Shown in pieces: positions 12,241-26,581 of a stretch of DNA of 60,588 nucleotides. The first letter of the stretch is position 1, and every line of letters begins with the position of its first letter. The notes under the pieces were generated by a model that searched no databases, was not told the origin of the DNA, and saw nothing but the letters and a program-made list of their open reading frames with translations. Made by a program: the position numbers and the translations under genes. The stretch lies in contig NC_068981.1 of the NCBI RefSeq assembly GCF_001194135.2, forward strand, positions 30,766,230 through 30,826,817, given 5' to 3'. The DNA is from Octopus bimaculoides. Its lineage: Eukaryota.

Positions 12241-13320
12241 CTTCAAAAGAAGGCTAATGACAAATAAATAAAAAATGGTTGACTGACTCATTTGTGGACT
12301 TAGTTGTGAAGAAGAGGGCATAAAATTCAATGGTATGGAGTGTCTCTTTAGTATAAAAGCATGAGTGACATATTTCGTAGAGGCTTTGCATCTATGCAAA
12401 TGTTAGTATTAAAAAACAACTGTCGGGAACAATAATGGTTTATTGAGGTGGATTTTTCCGTATCGAAGTATGGTAAACTAAAAAGAAATTATTTTACTTT
12501 TTCACGATAGGCGGCCAGGGCTGTCAGGTATGCGAATGGAGCAGATAAAATCTGGGCTATATATTTTTCATAGCTAGCGGAACCTCTGAAGTGGTAAATA
12601 TTCAAGCGAGTTGTATACCGCAGTCTACTCTTCAGACCAAAAGCATCTTAATTAAATGAAGTTTACATCGTCGCAAGGAGGTACATGTCAACACACGGAC
12701 GATTCGATCAGAATAACAGACAATGTAAACTTCATTTATTTAGAATACCCTTGCCCTGAAGAGTAGTCTGAAGTATAAACCTCGCTTGGATATCTACCAC
12801 TTCTTAGGTTCCGATTGTTATGAAACATACGTAGTCCGGATATTATCTACTCCATTCCTTACTTCTTACCTCCGTTTTTTCTTACTTATATTTAAAAATA
12901 TCCGTTGGCAAGAACAATTATAGTCTATTTCACCGACAGACTCGAAAATACATTAACGTGTTCCTGTATCTATTTCTTTTTCCCCTTTTACAATTTATTT
13001 GCAAATATCCGGTCAGCTTCTCCGGCATAACCTCTTTGTTCTTTCTAATTTTCTTTTGGTAATACCTTTTTAGATGTCTTCCTTTAATTTTTTGCCCCGA
13101 CGAGAATAGTAATACATAACTATTTTAATTATTACTATTATAATTAATACTTTTTCTTACATGTTTTTATTACCATTTGAAATGGTCGTATTAAATTTTA
13201 ATTTGAATTTTAATATGTTCTCTTCTCCATTTTTCTAATTGTTAGTAGTGTTTTATATAAGATTTTATCTTATACATGCCTATAACAAACTTTTTACTTA
13301 CACACACACACACACATATA

Positions 13321-13384
<64 letters not shown>

Positions 13385-13599
13385 TACATACCCACAGACA
13401 CATATACGCATGCATACAAAAATATAGTCATGCATATATATACTCAAGGAGACTCACTCACATATATATATGTATATGTGTATATGTGCGTACGTGTGAT
13501 GGTAGCCTCTCGCAGTCCCAGACAGACGGTTTTGCAATTTCTTGCCGAATAACCTTCACAAATTATTTGTTTATAGAGATCAGATGTTTATGCTAAACA

Positions 13600-13790
13600 T
13601 TAGCTCACTCTCTCCACCAAATCGACATTGCCTGAACAGGTGCACAAGTGTGTCACGTGTCAGGTGTCGAAGTAAATGCAGAGCAACGTGGCACCAAGTG
13701 TTTTTGCTCAGAAAGCACAACGTACCTCCCGTTCCAGGAATTGATACTATGATCTAATCATGCTTTCTCCGAAGCTGTAACTACTAGGCC
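13600..13790 (-). mobile_element. diverged SINE-like repeat (possible fourth family)
   Basis: Contains GCAGAGCAACGTGG...AAGTGTTTTTGCTCAG...CACAACG...CCAGGAATTGA...ATGATC, resembling the reverse complement of a tRNA-headed SINE. Confidence 0.45.
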
Positions 13791-14618
13791 ATACGCCTTC
13801 TGTCTGTCTGTCTCTTTCTCTCGCTTGTGTATAAAGAAAGATAGATAGATAGATAGATACACGCGCGCGCACACACACATATATAAGAGTACCCATTGTT
13901 ATTAAATGGCTGGAAACCATTCGTTCTGTGGATTTGAGGAACTTGCTTAGGGAGTTTATATCTATAGAAATCTATTCCAGAACACCAGAGAAATATTTTT
14001 ATTCGATAACAAAAGAGATATGCAAGGTTTGTTAAGCTTTATTTTGCCTACAGGTATGCATTTTATTGGATTATAGATGTTGATGTAACCGCAGTTGTCT
14101 TTATAAAAAATCTATCAGTAAAATTAAACAGGAAAAAAAAAACGTATTTATTCCTCACAATGACAATATTCACAGAAAAGATAAAAAATGAAAACGTAAA
14201 ATATTACACAATAAAATAAAACAAAACAAAACAGAAACAATAGCTAAAAAGTTAACCTCATCGATCTAATAGAAATTATGAATATATTTGTATCTCCGAT
14301 AAAACTCCTCCCGGGCTGTAAATAATATATCGATTTCTTATGCAGGAACCCATATATACATATACATACATATAAATATATATACACATGAGTGTGTGGA
14401 GCGGAAGAGGAAAATTGGATTGCGTTGTATACATGCCTTTCTCAATAGTATTAAATGTTTAAGGAAACATACATATGCACAGAGAAATTGAAATTGAGGC
14501 GAGAACGTGAGAAACTGAGGCACTTCGTTATTTGTTTTATGGCACCCCTTCGTGCTTACTTGTTTCAGTCTTGTTCGCAGCGGCTCAATGTGACAAAAGA
14601 AATAACAAACTTGTTATT

Positions 14619-14690
14619 AGGTTCTACCGAGACTTGAACTCGGATCGCTGGATTCAGAGTCCAGAGTGCTAACCATTACACCATAGAACC
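14619..14690 (-). tRNA. trnQ-CTG: tRNA-Gln, anticodon CTG
   Basis: Reverse complement reads GGTTCTATGGTGTAATGGTTAGCACTCTGGACTCTGAATCCAGCGATCCGAGTTCAAGTCTCGGTAGAACCT (72 nt). Paired acceptor stem GGTTCTA/TAGAACC, anticodon stem CTGGA/TCCAG with CTG at 14655-14657, T-stem CCGAG/CTCGG, A and B boxes intact, downstream TTTT. Confidence 0.97.
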
Positions 14691-15039
14691 GGTACAATTT
14701 TATAGCATAAATTAAAGGTTATAACTATGTTACATAGCGCCTAGTTAGCTCGTAATTAACGAATTAACTGCGGATGCCTTAATGAAACTGTTGTAGACAT
14801 TGCACCAACAGACTAAAACATAAGAAAACAGTCAGCCAACTTGTAGATCTGAAGAAAAATGTCTAGTATATTTAGAACAATACTGCTGTTAGAAGTAAAT
14901 GTATAGAAAATCTTTCCTGTTAGACTTTTCAGAATCAAGGTCGTGTTTACACAAATAATTTTTAGAATATAAATAATTTCTAAATCTATTCTCTATGAGG
15001 AAGTTGTGCACATTGATAAGGTGGTGGACATGCCAAATA

Positions 15040-15450
15040 ATCTGTTGACTTCTCTTTTTTGACAGTTATTATTTTTCGTTGGTGACGAGCTGGCAGAAAC
15101 TTTAGAACGCCAGGCAAAAATGACATTCCACCAGTACTCCTTATTATGAATGGTTATAGCTTCCACCATACTGTACGTTCTTATTTCTTTAGTCTCAGTC
15201 TTATACAGTGTCTTAACTACAACATCATGTCTCATCGAGAGATAATTCTGTGATGACATTTTCGGACAACTACTTATGATGTGGGTGATATTTTTGGTGT
15301 TAACTCCACACAGGAAGTAAAGTAAATTTCGAACGCGGGAGGGATGAGTAAAGAGTCTAGAAACTTGAATAAATACCCATAGAAGACGGAAAAGATGTTG
15401 CCAGCAAGTGGCTGCAGAAAGGATATGCCTTCTGACGTTAACCACATTTT
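15040..15450 (-). mobile_element. R4/Dong-like (RLE-type) non-LTR retrotransposon fragment, CCHC region
   Basis: Frame LCGVNTKNITHIISSCPKMSSQNYLSMRHDVVVKTLY...KEYWWNV matches the CxxC..HIISSC..RHD..YWW pattern that precedes the restriction-like endonuclease. Decayed. Confidence 0.8.
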
Positions 15451-15781
15451 GGTCTCCTGTCTGGCTCTAAGGCCGGATTCTGTTTATTTCAGTTGTCCGT
15501 CTGTCCACTTGTGGTATCGTCTTGAATCACATTTATTCCATGTTTGTATGTTCACTTTCTGCATTGCATATTCGTTTATTTCTTGTTTGTTTGTTCACTT
15601 TCTGTCTTGTTTTATCCCTTGACTCGCAATTTCCTGGCGGCTTCTTGCTGCCGGCACCACCAGAGGGGAACAATAATATCGTTTGACTCTCTGGCCGATA
15701 ATTGATGAGGATTTGCTGACCTTCTGTGTCTGTTTTCCGTTTGTTTGTGCACTTATATGTTTTTCAACTTATTATTTACAT

Positions 15782-15853
<72 letters not shown>

Positions 15854-16556
15854 CGTGTGTGTGTGTGTATGTGTGTGCGTGTGTTTGTGTGTGTGTGTGT
15901 GTGTGTTTGTGTGTGTATGTGCATTGTGTGTATGTATGTGTGTGTGTGTATGCATTCACACACACATATATACACATGTATATGGGTGCACGTCTACCTA
16001 TTTGCGAACGTGTATTTATAAGGCAAGAACCGAATATTATATTATATTGAGAAATTTTCGTCATCATTAATTCTAAATTAATTCCAAGTAGAATGCATTG
16101 AAGTATGAGCATACTGAGTTTTAAATGATTCTATTATCACATGTTCACATACATTTCTTATGTCTCAACAATACCTCTGTTAAAAGGAAGACCATTTCTA
16201 CATCATTTAATCGCCGTGATTAAATCTATTTCAGATTGCCGGATGCAGTAATGAAATTAAAAAGAAAAAGATAATTTGGACTTTTGGACAACGTTGCGCT
16301 TCAGACACTATGTGAGAACTTGAATTTATTTGATTAAATTTGATTTGACAGTGATTGCAGGCTTCCTCGATCAGAATCTCGAAACAACTACGTGAAAAAG
16401 AAACAATTCATTATGCAATTTCTACGCTTGTATTAGCCAAGAGTATATACATAAAAATTAACACTCGCGCTCACACACACACACACACACAGACGCAGAC
16501 TCACACATAATATATATTATATACAAATATGCATTTTGCATACATACATACATACA

Positions 16557-16589
<33 letters not shown>

Positions 16590-16959
16590 GCATGTATGTA
16601 TGTACACACAAATTGAGAGAGTAAAATTCAGGCAACGTATGTTTCCTAGCTACAGATAAGATTCTTTTGCGCAACAATTACTCAACGAGGGGTAATCAGC
16701 TAGCTGCTCGTCAGGCCAAAGATGCCTTAATTATATGAAGGTTATATTGTTGTTAAGGAATCTCAAATTATGAGAGGTAAGTGAGATCGGTCGGTAATTC
16801 AATGCCAGTGATTTGTTATTCTTTTCGAAAATTGGGACAAGCGACTGATAGGAAATTGTCAGGAATATATATGTATAGGCGTTTGTCTGTTACTGGTAGT
16901 CAGGAACTGTTACATCTAACTCGCCCTTTACATCATAAAAATACTCTGAACCTATGGTC

Positions 16960-17230
16960 GCGGAACTGTTTCCGGAGTGAAACGCAATCTTGCAGGATGA
17001 TAATGCACGCAGCTAAAGTTGTTACTGAATAGTACGAAGAACATTCTAGTGAATTTGAACATCTTATCTGACCACCACAGTCTCCAGGTCTCAATATTAT
17101 TGAACATTTTATGGTGCATTTTAGAAAAACAAGTTAGGAGTCGATATCTACCACTATCATCACTACAAGATTTGGAGACTGTTTTCGCTTAAGTATGGAC
17201 AAAAAATCCTTTGGAAACAATTCAAGGAAC
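16960..17230 (+). mobile_element. Tc1-like transposase relic (C-terminal catalytic region)
   Basis: AILQDDNA...HAAKVVTE*YEEHSSEFEHLI*PPQSPGLNIIEH-WCILEKQVRSRY...SLQDLETVF, matching the Tc1 QDDNA and WPPQSPDLNIIEHLW motifs, with stops and frameshifts. Confidence 0.85.
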
Positions 17231-17299
17231 AGAACTCTAGATGAATTTCATCTCTGAACATCTCTCATGGATTTTTTCGTTCTGGTTTTTCGCAAGGTC

Positions 17300-18370
17300 T
17301 ACAAACCACAGTGACGCTCGTCGACTTCCAGTTGCAGATTGCTGGTGCTATGTTCTTCTGAACGGGTGGTAACCGAGGAGATGAAACTCTAGTGGCTGAT
17401 GCAGATGACTGTGTCAGCCAGATTGCAATTCCACCTCGAGCTACTTCTATTTCTGGCTAATACTAGACCATGTGACTGCTGATTCTTATGGGTATGCTAG
17501 TGACGCATTGTGGGAACAAACCCTAGCAGTATGCAAATCATCTCTTGCAGAGGGATTATCCTAGGTAATATAATCAAATATTGTTCATCTTTATTGATGC
17601 ACTAGAACACTAACACAATGAGAATCAATATCCAACTTCTTTACCTGTGGTTTCGTAATGAAGTCTGAGAAAGGACAACGAAGGTGAGGAAACAATGGAA
17701 GGTCGGAACTCTGATTTCAGCATGGAATTGATATCTTGAAGCTGCAAGTGGGTTTCAAGAAATTGCTCGTATTCCCCGTCCATACAGCATGAATGAAGTA
17801 ACCCCTGGCGATATGATTAGACCGGCTTGGCAATAAATAAAGGAAGAAATAAAGCATAAAATGATCTAGTCTGCTGGATCGACGGTTCATTGGGAGAAGA
17901 AAATGGAGTAGGTACATGAAAAAGGATCTTAAATTTCTGGGATTTAAGGAAATGTGTGAGGTAGAGGGTAAGACTAGGTTTGCAGCTAGATCCTTTATAT
18001 TATTATTGACTGGTATTAGCTCGAGGAGGGGCAGCAGATCATTGTTCGTGGAACTCGAGAGAGTAGCAGCAGAAAATTCTTCGTCATTGATAAGGCAAAA
18101 GCATGTGGAGAAAAGATCAGTGTTGTGAGCAAAGATGAAATCCAACGAATACTAATGGAATATATCCAATGTTGGAATGATTGCATCTTCTCCCTCTTTG
18201 GTCTGATGGTTACATAGAGGATGTAGGGAAAAATCCTACTACCGAATACGTCAAAACAATCCGGAACATTCCCTGGTGGCATCATTTAAGCTTGGCGTCG
18301 CTAGAAGGAACGATACTATCGGAAAGTGTTGAAATCTTAATGAACCGCAGTCGGCAGTCGATGAAGTGAG
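17300..18370 (-). mobile_element. heavily decayed LINE-like sequence
   Basis: Non-repetitive block with a 142-codon minus frame (AHNTDLF...LLPLLELIPV) weakly reminiscent of an AP-endonuclease/linker region. No diagnostic motif. Confidence 0.25.
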
Positions 18371-19709
18371 CGTCTCGCATTGCTATATTATTAAGAATAT
18401 GATACACACATACGCGCGCGCGCTTACGCACGCACGCACGCACGCACACACACATATATACACGCACATATACAGACACATAAACGAATATAGATGTGCA
18501 CACATATGCATACGGACACATATATATATCGTTATTTTATGCTATATATATGTAGATACATAGACATATATAAACATATACTATACACATGCACACACAC
18601 ACACGCACATACACGCACAAACACACACATATATTTGTATTCTGTGTGTGCACATATACCTGTGTGTCCTGAATGACGGATACTCTAATAGATTACATAT
18701 TTACATATATGCATACATACATGCATGCACTCACACCCACCCACACACATACACACATCTACACACTCAAATGCATAAACGCATGAAATGTGCACGCACA
18801 CATACACTCTCTCTCTCACATATACACTCATGTATATATANNNNNNNNNNNNNNNNNNNNNNNNNNNNNNNNNNNNNNNNNNNNNNNNNNNNNNNNNNNN
18901 NNNNNNNNNNNNNNNNNNNNNNNNNNNNNNNNNNNNNNNNNNNNNNNNNNNNNNNNNNNNNNNNNNNNNNNNNNNNNNNNNNNNNNNNNNNNNNNNNNNN
19001 NNNNNNNNNNNNNNNNNNNNNNNNNNNNNNNNNNNNNNNNNNNNNNNNNNNNNNNNNNNNNNNNNNNNNNNNNNNNNNNNNNNNNNNNNNNNNNNNNNNN
19101 NNNNNNNNNNNNNNNNNNNNNNNNNNNNNNNNNNNNNNNNNNNNNNNNNNNNNNNNNNNNNNNNNNNNNNNNNNNNNNNNNNNNNNNNNNNNNNNNNNNN
19201 NNNNNNNNNNNNNNNNNNNNNNNNNNNNNNNNNNNNNNNNNNNNNNNNNNNNNNNNNNNNNNNNNNNNNNNNNNNNNNNNNNNNNNNNNNNNNNNNNNNN
19301 NNNNNNNNNNNNNNNNNNNNNNNNNNNNNNNNNNNNNNNNNNNNNNNNNNNNNNNNNNNNNNNNNNNNNNNNNNNNNNNNNNNNNNNNNNNNNNNNNNNN
19401 NNNNNNNNNNNNNNNNNNNNNNNNNNNNNNNNNNNNNNNNNNNNNNNNNNNNNNNNNNNNNNNNNNNNNNNNNNNNNNNNNNNNNNNNNNNNNNNNNNNN
19501 NNNNNNNNNNNNNNNNNNNNNNNNNNNNNNNNNNNNNNNNNNNNNNNNNNNNNNNNNNNNNNNNNNNNNNNNNNNNNNNNNNNNNNNNNNNNNNNNNNNN
19601 NNNNNNNNNNNNNNNNNNNNNNNNNNNNNNNNNNNNNNNNNNNNNNNNNNNNNNNNNNNNNNNNNNNNNNNNNNNNNNNNNNNNNNNNNNNNNNNNNNNN
19701 NNNNNNNNN

Positions 19710-19962
<253 letters not shown>

Positions 19963-20049
19963 TAAATGCTTTTAATTTAGGTACAAGGCCAGATTTTTCG
20001 AGGGGGAGAAGAGGTCCAGTCCATATCATGAACGTCCGTCACTTGACTT

Positions 20050-20374
20050 AAAATCCTGTATTTTATCGACTCCGGCAGGATTTGAACTCAGAAAGTGGGC
20101 AACCGGAATAAATACCGCAAGACATATTCCGACGCTGTAACGACTCTAATAGCAAGGGCAACATCAAGAACAAGAGCAACATTAAGGAAGATGAGCATGA
20201 CACAAGGGTGGCAATTTCGTAAGGGAATTTTCTCCATTATATCAACCCCCACCAACTGGCGCCTCTTTTATCGACCCTGAAAGGGTGAATTGCTATGTAG
20301 ACCTCGGCGGAATATGAACTCAGAATTTGAACACCAGGAATAAATGCTGCAGGAATAGATGCTGTAACGATTCT

Positions 20375-20375
<1 letters not shown>
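20050..20375 (-). mobile_element. two diverged SINE family C remnants
   Basis: TTTATCGAC.CC...GGCAGGATTTGAACTCAGAA and TTTATCGACCCTGAAAGG...GACCTCGGCGGAATATGAACTCAGAA match the family C copy at 34365-34503. Confidence 0.7.
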
Positions 20376-20415
<40 letters not shown>

Positions 20416-20640
20416 CGGTAATAACGGTAATAACAATAGAAACAATGATATTAATGATGATGGAAATGATAATAATAATAATAATAATAATAATGATAAT
20501 AATAATAATAATAATAATAAGTATAATTATAATTATAATAATAATAATAAGTATAATTATAATTATAATAATCGCAATAATAATAATAGCTAATATACTG
20601 GTGATGACGATGATGATTATGATGATGGTGATGATTTAAA
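20375..20640. repeat. compound (AAC)/(AAT)/(GAT) microsatellite with a 30-bp higher-order duplication
   Basis: GTATAATTATAATTATAATAAT... at 20521 and again at 20551. Confidence 0.9.
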
Positions 20641-21635
20641 TTGCAATTATAATTGTTCACAAAAAAATATTAATAAAAACACCTGATAGTTATTATAATC
20701 ATATCATCTATCACCTTTGTTACTACCCATCCTCTCTGCCTCTCTCCNNNNNNNNNNNNNNNNNNNNNNNNNNNNNNNNNNNNNNNNNNNNNNNNNNNNN
20801 NNNNNNNNNNNNNNNNNNNNNNNNNNNNNNNNNNNNNNNNNNNNNNNNNNNNNNNNNNNNNNNNNNNNNNNNNNNNNNNNNNNNNNNNNNNNNNNNNNNN
20901 NNNNNNNNNNNNNNNNNNNNNNNNNNNNNNNNNNNNNNNNNNNNNNNNNNNNNNNNNNNNNNNNNNNNNNNNNNNNNNNNNNNNNNNNNNNNNNNNNNNN
21001 NNNNNNNNNNNNNNNNNNNNNNNNNNNNNNNNNNNNNNNNNNNNNNNNNNNNNNNNNNNNNNNNNNNNNNNNNNNNNNNNNNNNNNNNNNNNNNNNNNNN
21101 NNNNNNNNNNNNNNNNNNNNNNNNNNNNNNNNNNNNNNNNNNNNNNNNNNNNNNNNNNNNNNNNNNNNNNNNNNNNNNNNNNNNNNNNNNNNNNNNNNNN
21201 NNNNNNNNNNNNNNNNNNNNNNNNNNNNNNNNNNNNNNNNNNNNNNNNNNNNNNNNNNNNNNNNNNNNNNNNNNNNNNNNNNNNNNNNNNNNNNNNNNNN
21301 NNNNNNNNNNNNNNNNNNNNNNNNNNNNNNNNNNNNNNNNNNNNNNNNNNNNNNNNNNNNNNNNNNNNNNNNNNNNNNNNNNNNNNNNNNNNNNNNNNNN
21401 NNNNNNNNNNNNNNNNNNNNNNNNNNNNNNNNNNNNNNNNNNNNNNNNNNNNNNNNNNNNNNNNNGATAACAGATATTTCGATTTTAAATCGCTTGGTAA
21501 TCTTTGGGGGAATGTGCGTGTGTTTTGGATCTTTTGTTTGAGTGTCTGTGCGTGCGCTTGTGAGTGTGTGTCTGTGTGTGTGCGTGAGTGTGTGTGTGTA
21601 TGTGTGTGTCTGTGCGTGCGTGCTTATGAATGTGG

Positions 21636-21671
<36 letters not shown>

Positions 21672-22631
21672 ATGCGTGTGGGTCGTTGTGTGCATACATT
21701 TTCGTTATTTTTACTTGCGTGCGTTTCTAAGCGTCTGTGTGCATGTGTGTGTGTGGATGTTTATGTGTGGTGGTGGTGGGGTGATGTTTATGCGTGTGTG
21801 TGTATGTGTGTGTGGGGGATGAATATTCATGTGTGTGTGTGGTTGTGTATATGCGTGAGGGTATGTGTGCCTATGTGTTCATTATTTTTACATGTGCGTA
21901 TTTCTAAGTCTAATGAGTGCGTGTGTTTATGTATGTTTGTTTTTACCTGTACGTGTATGCGTTTGTGTGTGTTGTGTTTTGATGTTGTATGCGTGAATTA
22001 TCGTGTATTTGTATGTTTATATATATATATATAAATGTATGCGTGTGTGTGTGTGTGTGTATATTTGAATTCATTTGTGGATACCTTTGTGCATTTGTGC
22101 TTGCGAGTGTGTTTGTACGGTTTTATACTTGTCTATGTTTGTGCTTTTGTTTTATGTTGTGCGTTATGACACCGTGTACTTTTATATGTGTATGTGCCTT
22201 TTGTGTTCATAAATTCGCTCATGTATTTATGCGTGTGGATGTCATTGCACGTGTGTCCTTACTTTCGTATATGTCGGTATGTGTGAGTGAACATGAATTA
22301 TTATTAGCGAAGAAGCCATGTGGTCGAAATGAATTCGTTGGATAAACAGTTACGACTGAAGATTAATTTTAAAAACACAATTTTCTTAATCGAACAGAAG
22401 TGCTCTGAGAAGGTGAGTGAGTGGAAGTCATGAATGACTTGTGGTGGATTCAATTCTTAATTAACATTACTATCGGTTAATATTCCGAAACACGCGTATG
22501 TTTTGTACAACTAAAAGTACCAAACAGTTTCTGTACTTTTTTGTAAAGATTTCTCTCTCTCCCACACTCTTTCTCTTTCTCTACACACATGTGAGCATAT
22601 ATGTACATACGTACAAGTGCCTTTGTAAGTT

Positions 22632-22671
<40 letters not shown>

Positions 22672-22971
22672 CGGTCGTACTGATGAGCCACGGACGTGTT
22701 ACGTATGTAAATTTTGTGTTAATGGCGAAACCGGTCTACGATTAATTCTTTATTTTGTATATTTACATTTGTCTTGCCCGTTCATATTCTGGTGTGTGCT
22801 GAGTTTCCCTAGGGAACATTCCTTTCTTTTGTGGTTTGACTGTAGATGGTCTATTTCTAGCATAATGGATGTCCACTTAGTGGTCATCCTTTATCATATG
22901 TATGCTATATATATTTATATACACACTCTTACAAATATGTATGTATCTATTTTTATTCATTTCTTTCTACT

Positions 22972-23060
<89 letters not shown>

Positions 23061-23289
23061 NNNNNNNNNNGTGTGTGTGTGTGAGTGTGTGTGTGAGAGT
23101 GTGTGTGTGTGAGTGTGTGTGTGTGTGAGTGTGTGTGTGTGAGTGTATGTGTGTGTGTGTGTGTGCGTGTGTGCGTACACGTGAAGGTATAATTGCAGAT
23201 GCTCAGTTCAGTTGACCAGCTTTTCGCTCATTTCTTAGAATTTGTGATTTAGTACTAAAACGTAGATAAAATATCACAGCACTGACCGA

Positions 23290-24300
23290 ATCATAGATAT
23301 ATGCTCTCAACTATAGAGTCAGCGACACTCACTAGCTGCGCCGATGATACAAAAGTATCGCAGGCGGTCAAGGATACTACTTACTTCCTAAGACTGCAGA
23401 ATGACCTGAATGCAATATATAAATGGGCTAATTAGAATAATATTCAGTTCAATGGCGCAAAATTTCAAGCACTCCGCTATCAGCCCACAAACAACCTACA
23501 GCTGAAGTACACAGGAGAAGCAGGCAATGTAATCCCAAATTTAGAGTCGGTGCGTAACCTGGGAATCCAGATGAACAACGACGCAACTTTCCATGTGCAC
23601 ATTGCTCATTTGGTAACACTATGCAGGCGGGTGGCAGGTTGGATCCTTAGATCCTTCAGGACCATGAACAGAGACATAATGCTTCTGCTTTGTAGAAACC
23701 TTTGTCCTCAGTCGTCTGGACTACTGCTCTCAACTGTGGTTCCCACAGAGAGTAAAACTAATTGCGGAACTAGAAGCGATCCAACTCTACTACAGAAAGA
23801 AGAAAGACTCAGTAAAACACATGGGCTACTGAGAGAGGTTGAACGAACTGGGACTCTACTCTCTGGAGAGATATGAGAGAAATACAGTACTATTCATATG
23901 GAAAATAATGGAGGGTCTAGCTCCAAATTTCGGAATCGAAATCTACAACAATCCCCGGACTAGACAGCACTGCACAGTACCAAAGGTCCCATCTTCTCCG
24001 TCAAGGATACGAACCCAAAATTGTAATAGCTTGTAATTCAAGAGACCTCGCCTTTTTAATGCCTTACCACAGAACATCAGGGATCTGCAAGGTACAGACA
24101 TGGAAATCTTCAAAAAAACAAATCTAGATAATATTTTTATCTGCAATACCGGATGAACACACATCGCGACAGGAGGCACAACGAAGAGCGGCAACGTCCA
24201 ACTCGCTACTTCAGCAGAAGCAATACTGGAAAACTCCTCGGATGCAGGAAAGGCGGTGCACCAGCATGGCCTCAGCCTCTGACGGCGAAAAGCGCTTTAC
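23290..24300 (+). mobile_element. 5'-truncated CR1/L2-group LINE (RT C-terminus and 3' end)
   Basis: CADDTKVSQAVK...LQNDLNAIYKWAN*NNIQFNGAKFQALRY...VRNLGIQM...GWILRSFRT...LDYCSQLW...ERLNELGLYSLERYER...PRLFNALP, with stops and frameshifts. Confidence 0.92.
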
Positions 24301-24557
24301 ACAGCACGAAGACAGCCTTCTATAGGTTTGTCTGGTTCAGTTTTCTTTAAAAGATTTTGAAAAAAATACTTGATTTTTCTTTAATTTAAAGCATTTCTTC
24401 AAATATTGTGAGCTCATCAAGATTTAAAAAGATATATATTTACATGTACACACAGAGGCACACGCACGCACATGCACGCACATACATGCACGCGCGCATA
24501 CACACACAAGCACACACACACACACACACACACATACATATATATACACCCCACCAC

Positions 24558-24590
<33 letters not shown>

Positions 24591-25360
24591 CGCATGCGCG
24601 CAAACACACAGTTTGACACATACATAAATAGTTATTACACGTGAAGTTTAATATTCAGGCAGTGCTAGGTAAAGATCTTAGTCATTTCTTCTGGGCGGGA
24701 TGACCTTCAGTGACACGAGCTTGGGCTCAGCTGGCTTCCGTTGATAGTATTTTGCGAGCGTGTATGTGTGCAACTGCTTGGGTATGTGTGTATGTGTGAA
24801 TGTGTGTTTGTGAGTCTTCATGTACTGTTGTGTGTACACATAAACATGTATGCCTACGCACGAGTGTACAATAATGTTTAAGTGCATATGTATTCAGGGG
24901 GCGGTGGCGGTGGCGGCAGTAACATAACACGCTAATTATTAATTATCAACAAGGAGAGCATGTGGTTGAAATAAATTTGTTGTTTAAACATTTGCTATTG
25001 AAGATTAATTATAAAACAGAAAAATTTTCTTCACTGAACAGAGGTGCACTAAGAAGGTGAGAGAGTGAAAGATGTGGTTGTGTAACAATGCATTAAATAT
25101 TTAACTAACAGCATTTTTGAGTTCAAATCATGCCGAACTTCATATTGCGATTTCAGCGTTGTTGACGTAAGGTGAGGGAATTATGAAGGAGTTTATATTA
25201 AAATTATGTTTCGGGTTCAAACCCTGCACCTGACTTATAATGCTGTTTCTTTGTTTTTTTTTTTGTTTTTTTTCTTAACAAGTAACTCGGTTCGACCCAG
25301 TCCTTGAGTATAATTCAGACACGTTTTTGTCTTGCGGTTCCACCTTTGTGGAATGCGAGG

Positions 25361-25730
25361 GTTGTTGTCGTTGGCACTCCGTCGCTTACGACGTCGAGGG
25401 TTCCAGTTTAACCAATCAACGGAACAGCCTGCTCGTGAAATTAACGTGCAAGTGGCTGAGCACTCCACAGACACGTGTAACCTTAACGTAGTTCTTGGGG
25501 ATATTCAGCGTGACACAGTGTGACAAGGCTGGCCCTTTGAATTACAGGCACAACAGAAACAGGAAGAAAGAGTGAGAGAAAGATTCGCCACCATCCCCTG
25601 CTGGAGCCTCGTGGAGCTTTATGTGTTTTCGCTCAATAAACACTCACAACGCCCGGTCTAGGAATCGAAACCGCGATCCTATGACCGCGAGTCCGCTGCC
25701 CTAACCTAACCACTGGGCCATTGCGCCTCC
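25361..25730 (-). mobile_element. tRNA-derived SINE family B, full length, 11-bp TSD
   Basis: Head GGAGGCGCAATGGCCCAGTGGTTAGG...GGTTTCGATTCC, (CAA)-like tail, and GGAATGCGAGG at both 25350-25360 and 25731-25741. Confidence 0.95.
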
Positions 25731-26361
25731 GGAATGCGAGGATAATTACACGTTAATTCAATTAGCACCTGTTTTATTTATATGACCAGCTGAATCCCCC
25801 ACATCAGTTACTTTATTTAATCGACCACGAAAGGAAGAGAGGCAAGGTTAACCACGGTGGGATTTGCTCTCAGAATGTAAATTACGTAATTAAATACTAT
25901 AAGGTATTTTAGCACTACAATATAAGCGAAAAGATGGGTAAGTGTAATTTCAGATCATCAGCTTAATTGATAACCTTCCAACCCATTGCCATGGATTTGT
26001 TGCCTAGTTCTGAATTTTGAAATCATTATTAAAGGAGTTTAGCGCTGCAGGCGATCAGTTTAAATTGGGTCACAAGAATGTGCCACTCTATCTACCCAAA
26101 TATCGGTCGCCGCACACAGCGTATTGTCCACAATAAGGATGAATTATACTTTGTAAATCACACTGTGACCATCCCCCATGGCTTACACTAACCACCACTT
26201 TCTTCCTCAGAAAGCTTACCCTCTGGAATTTCTTCCATTTACATGTTTTGTTTTTTGTCTGCAGCAGTCAAGTTGCAAATGTTTGAGGTGAGCATTAAAA
26301 ATGGATTTCTGTTGGAGGGCCCATGGACACAACCCTTTCTCTAATTTTAATCTCCATTCCA

Positions 26362-26540
26362 GGCGCAGGAATGGCTGCGTAGGAGTGGCTGTGTGGTAAG
26401 TAGCTTGCTTACCAACCACATGGTTCCGAGTTCAGTCTCACTGCGAGGCACCTTGGGCAAGTGTCTTCTACTATAGCCTCGGGCCGACAAATGCCTTGTG
26501 AGTGGATTTGGTAGACGGAAACTGAAAGAAGCCCGTCGTA

Positions 26541-26581
<41 letters not shown>

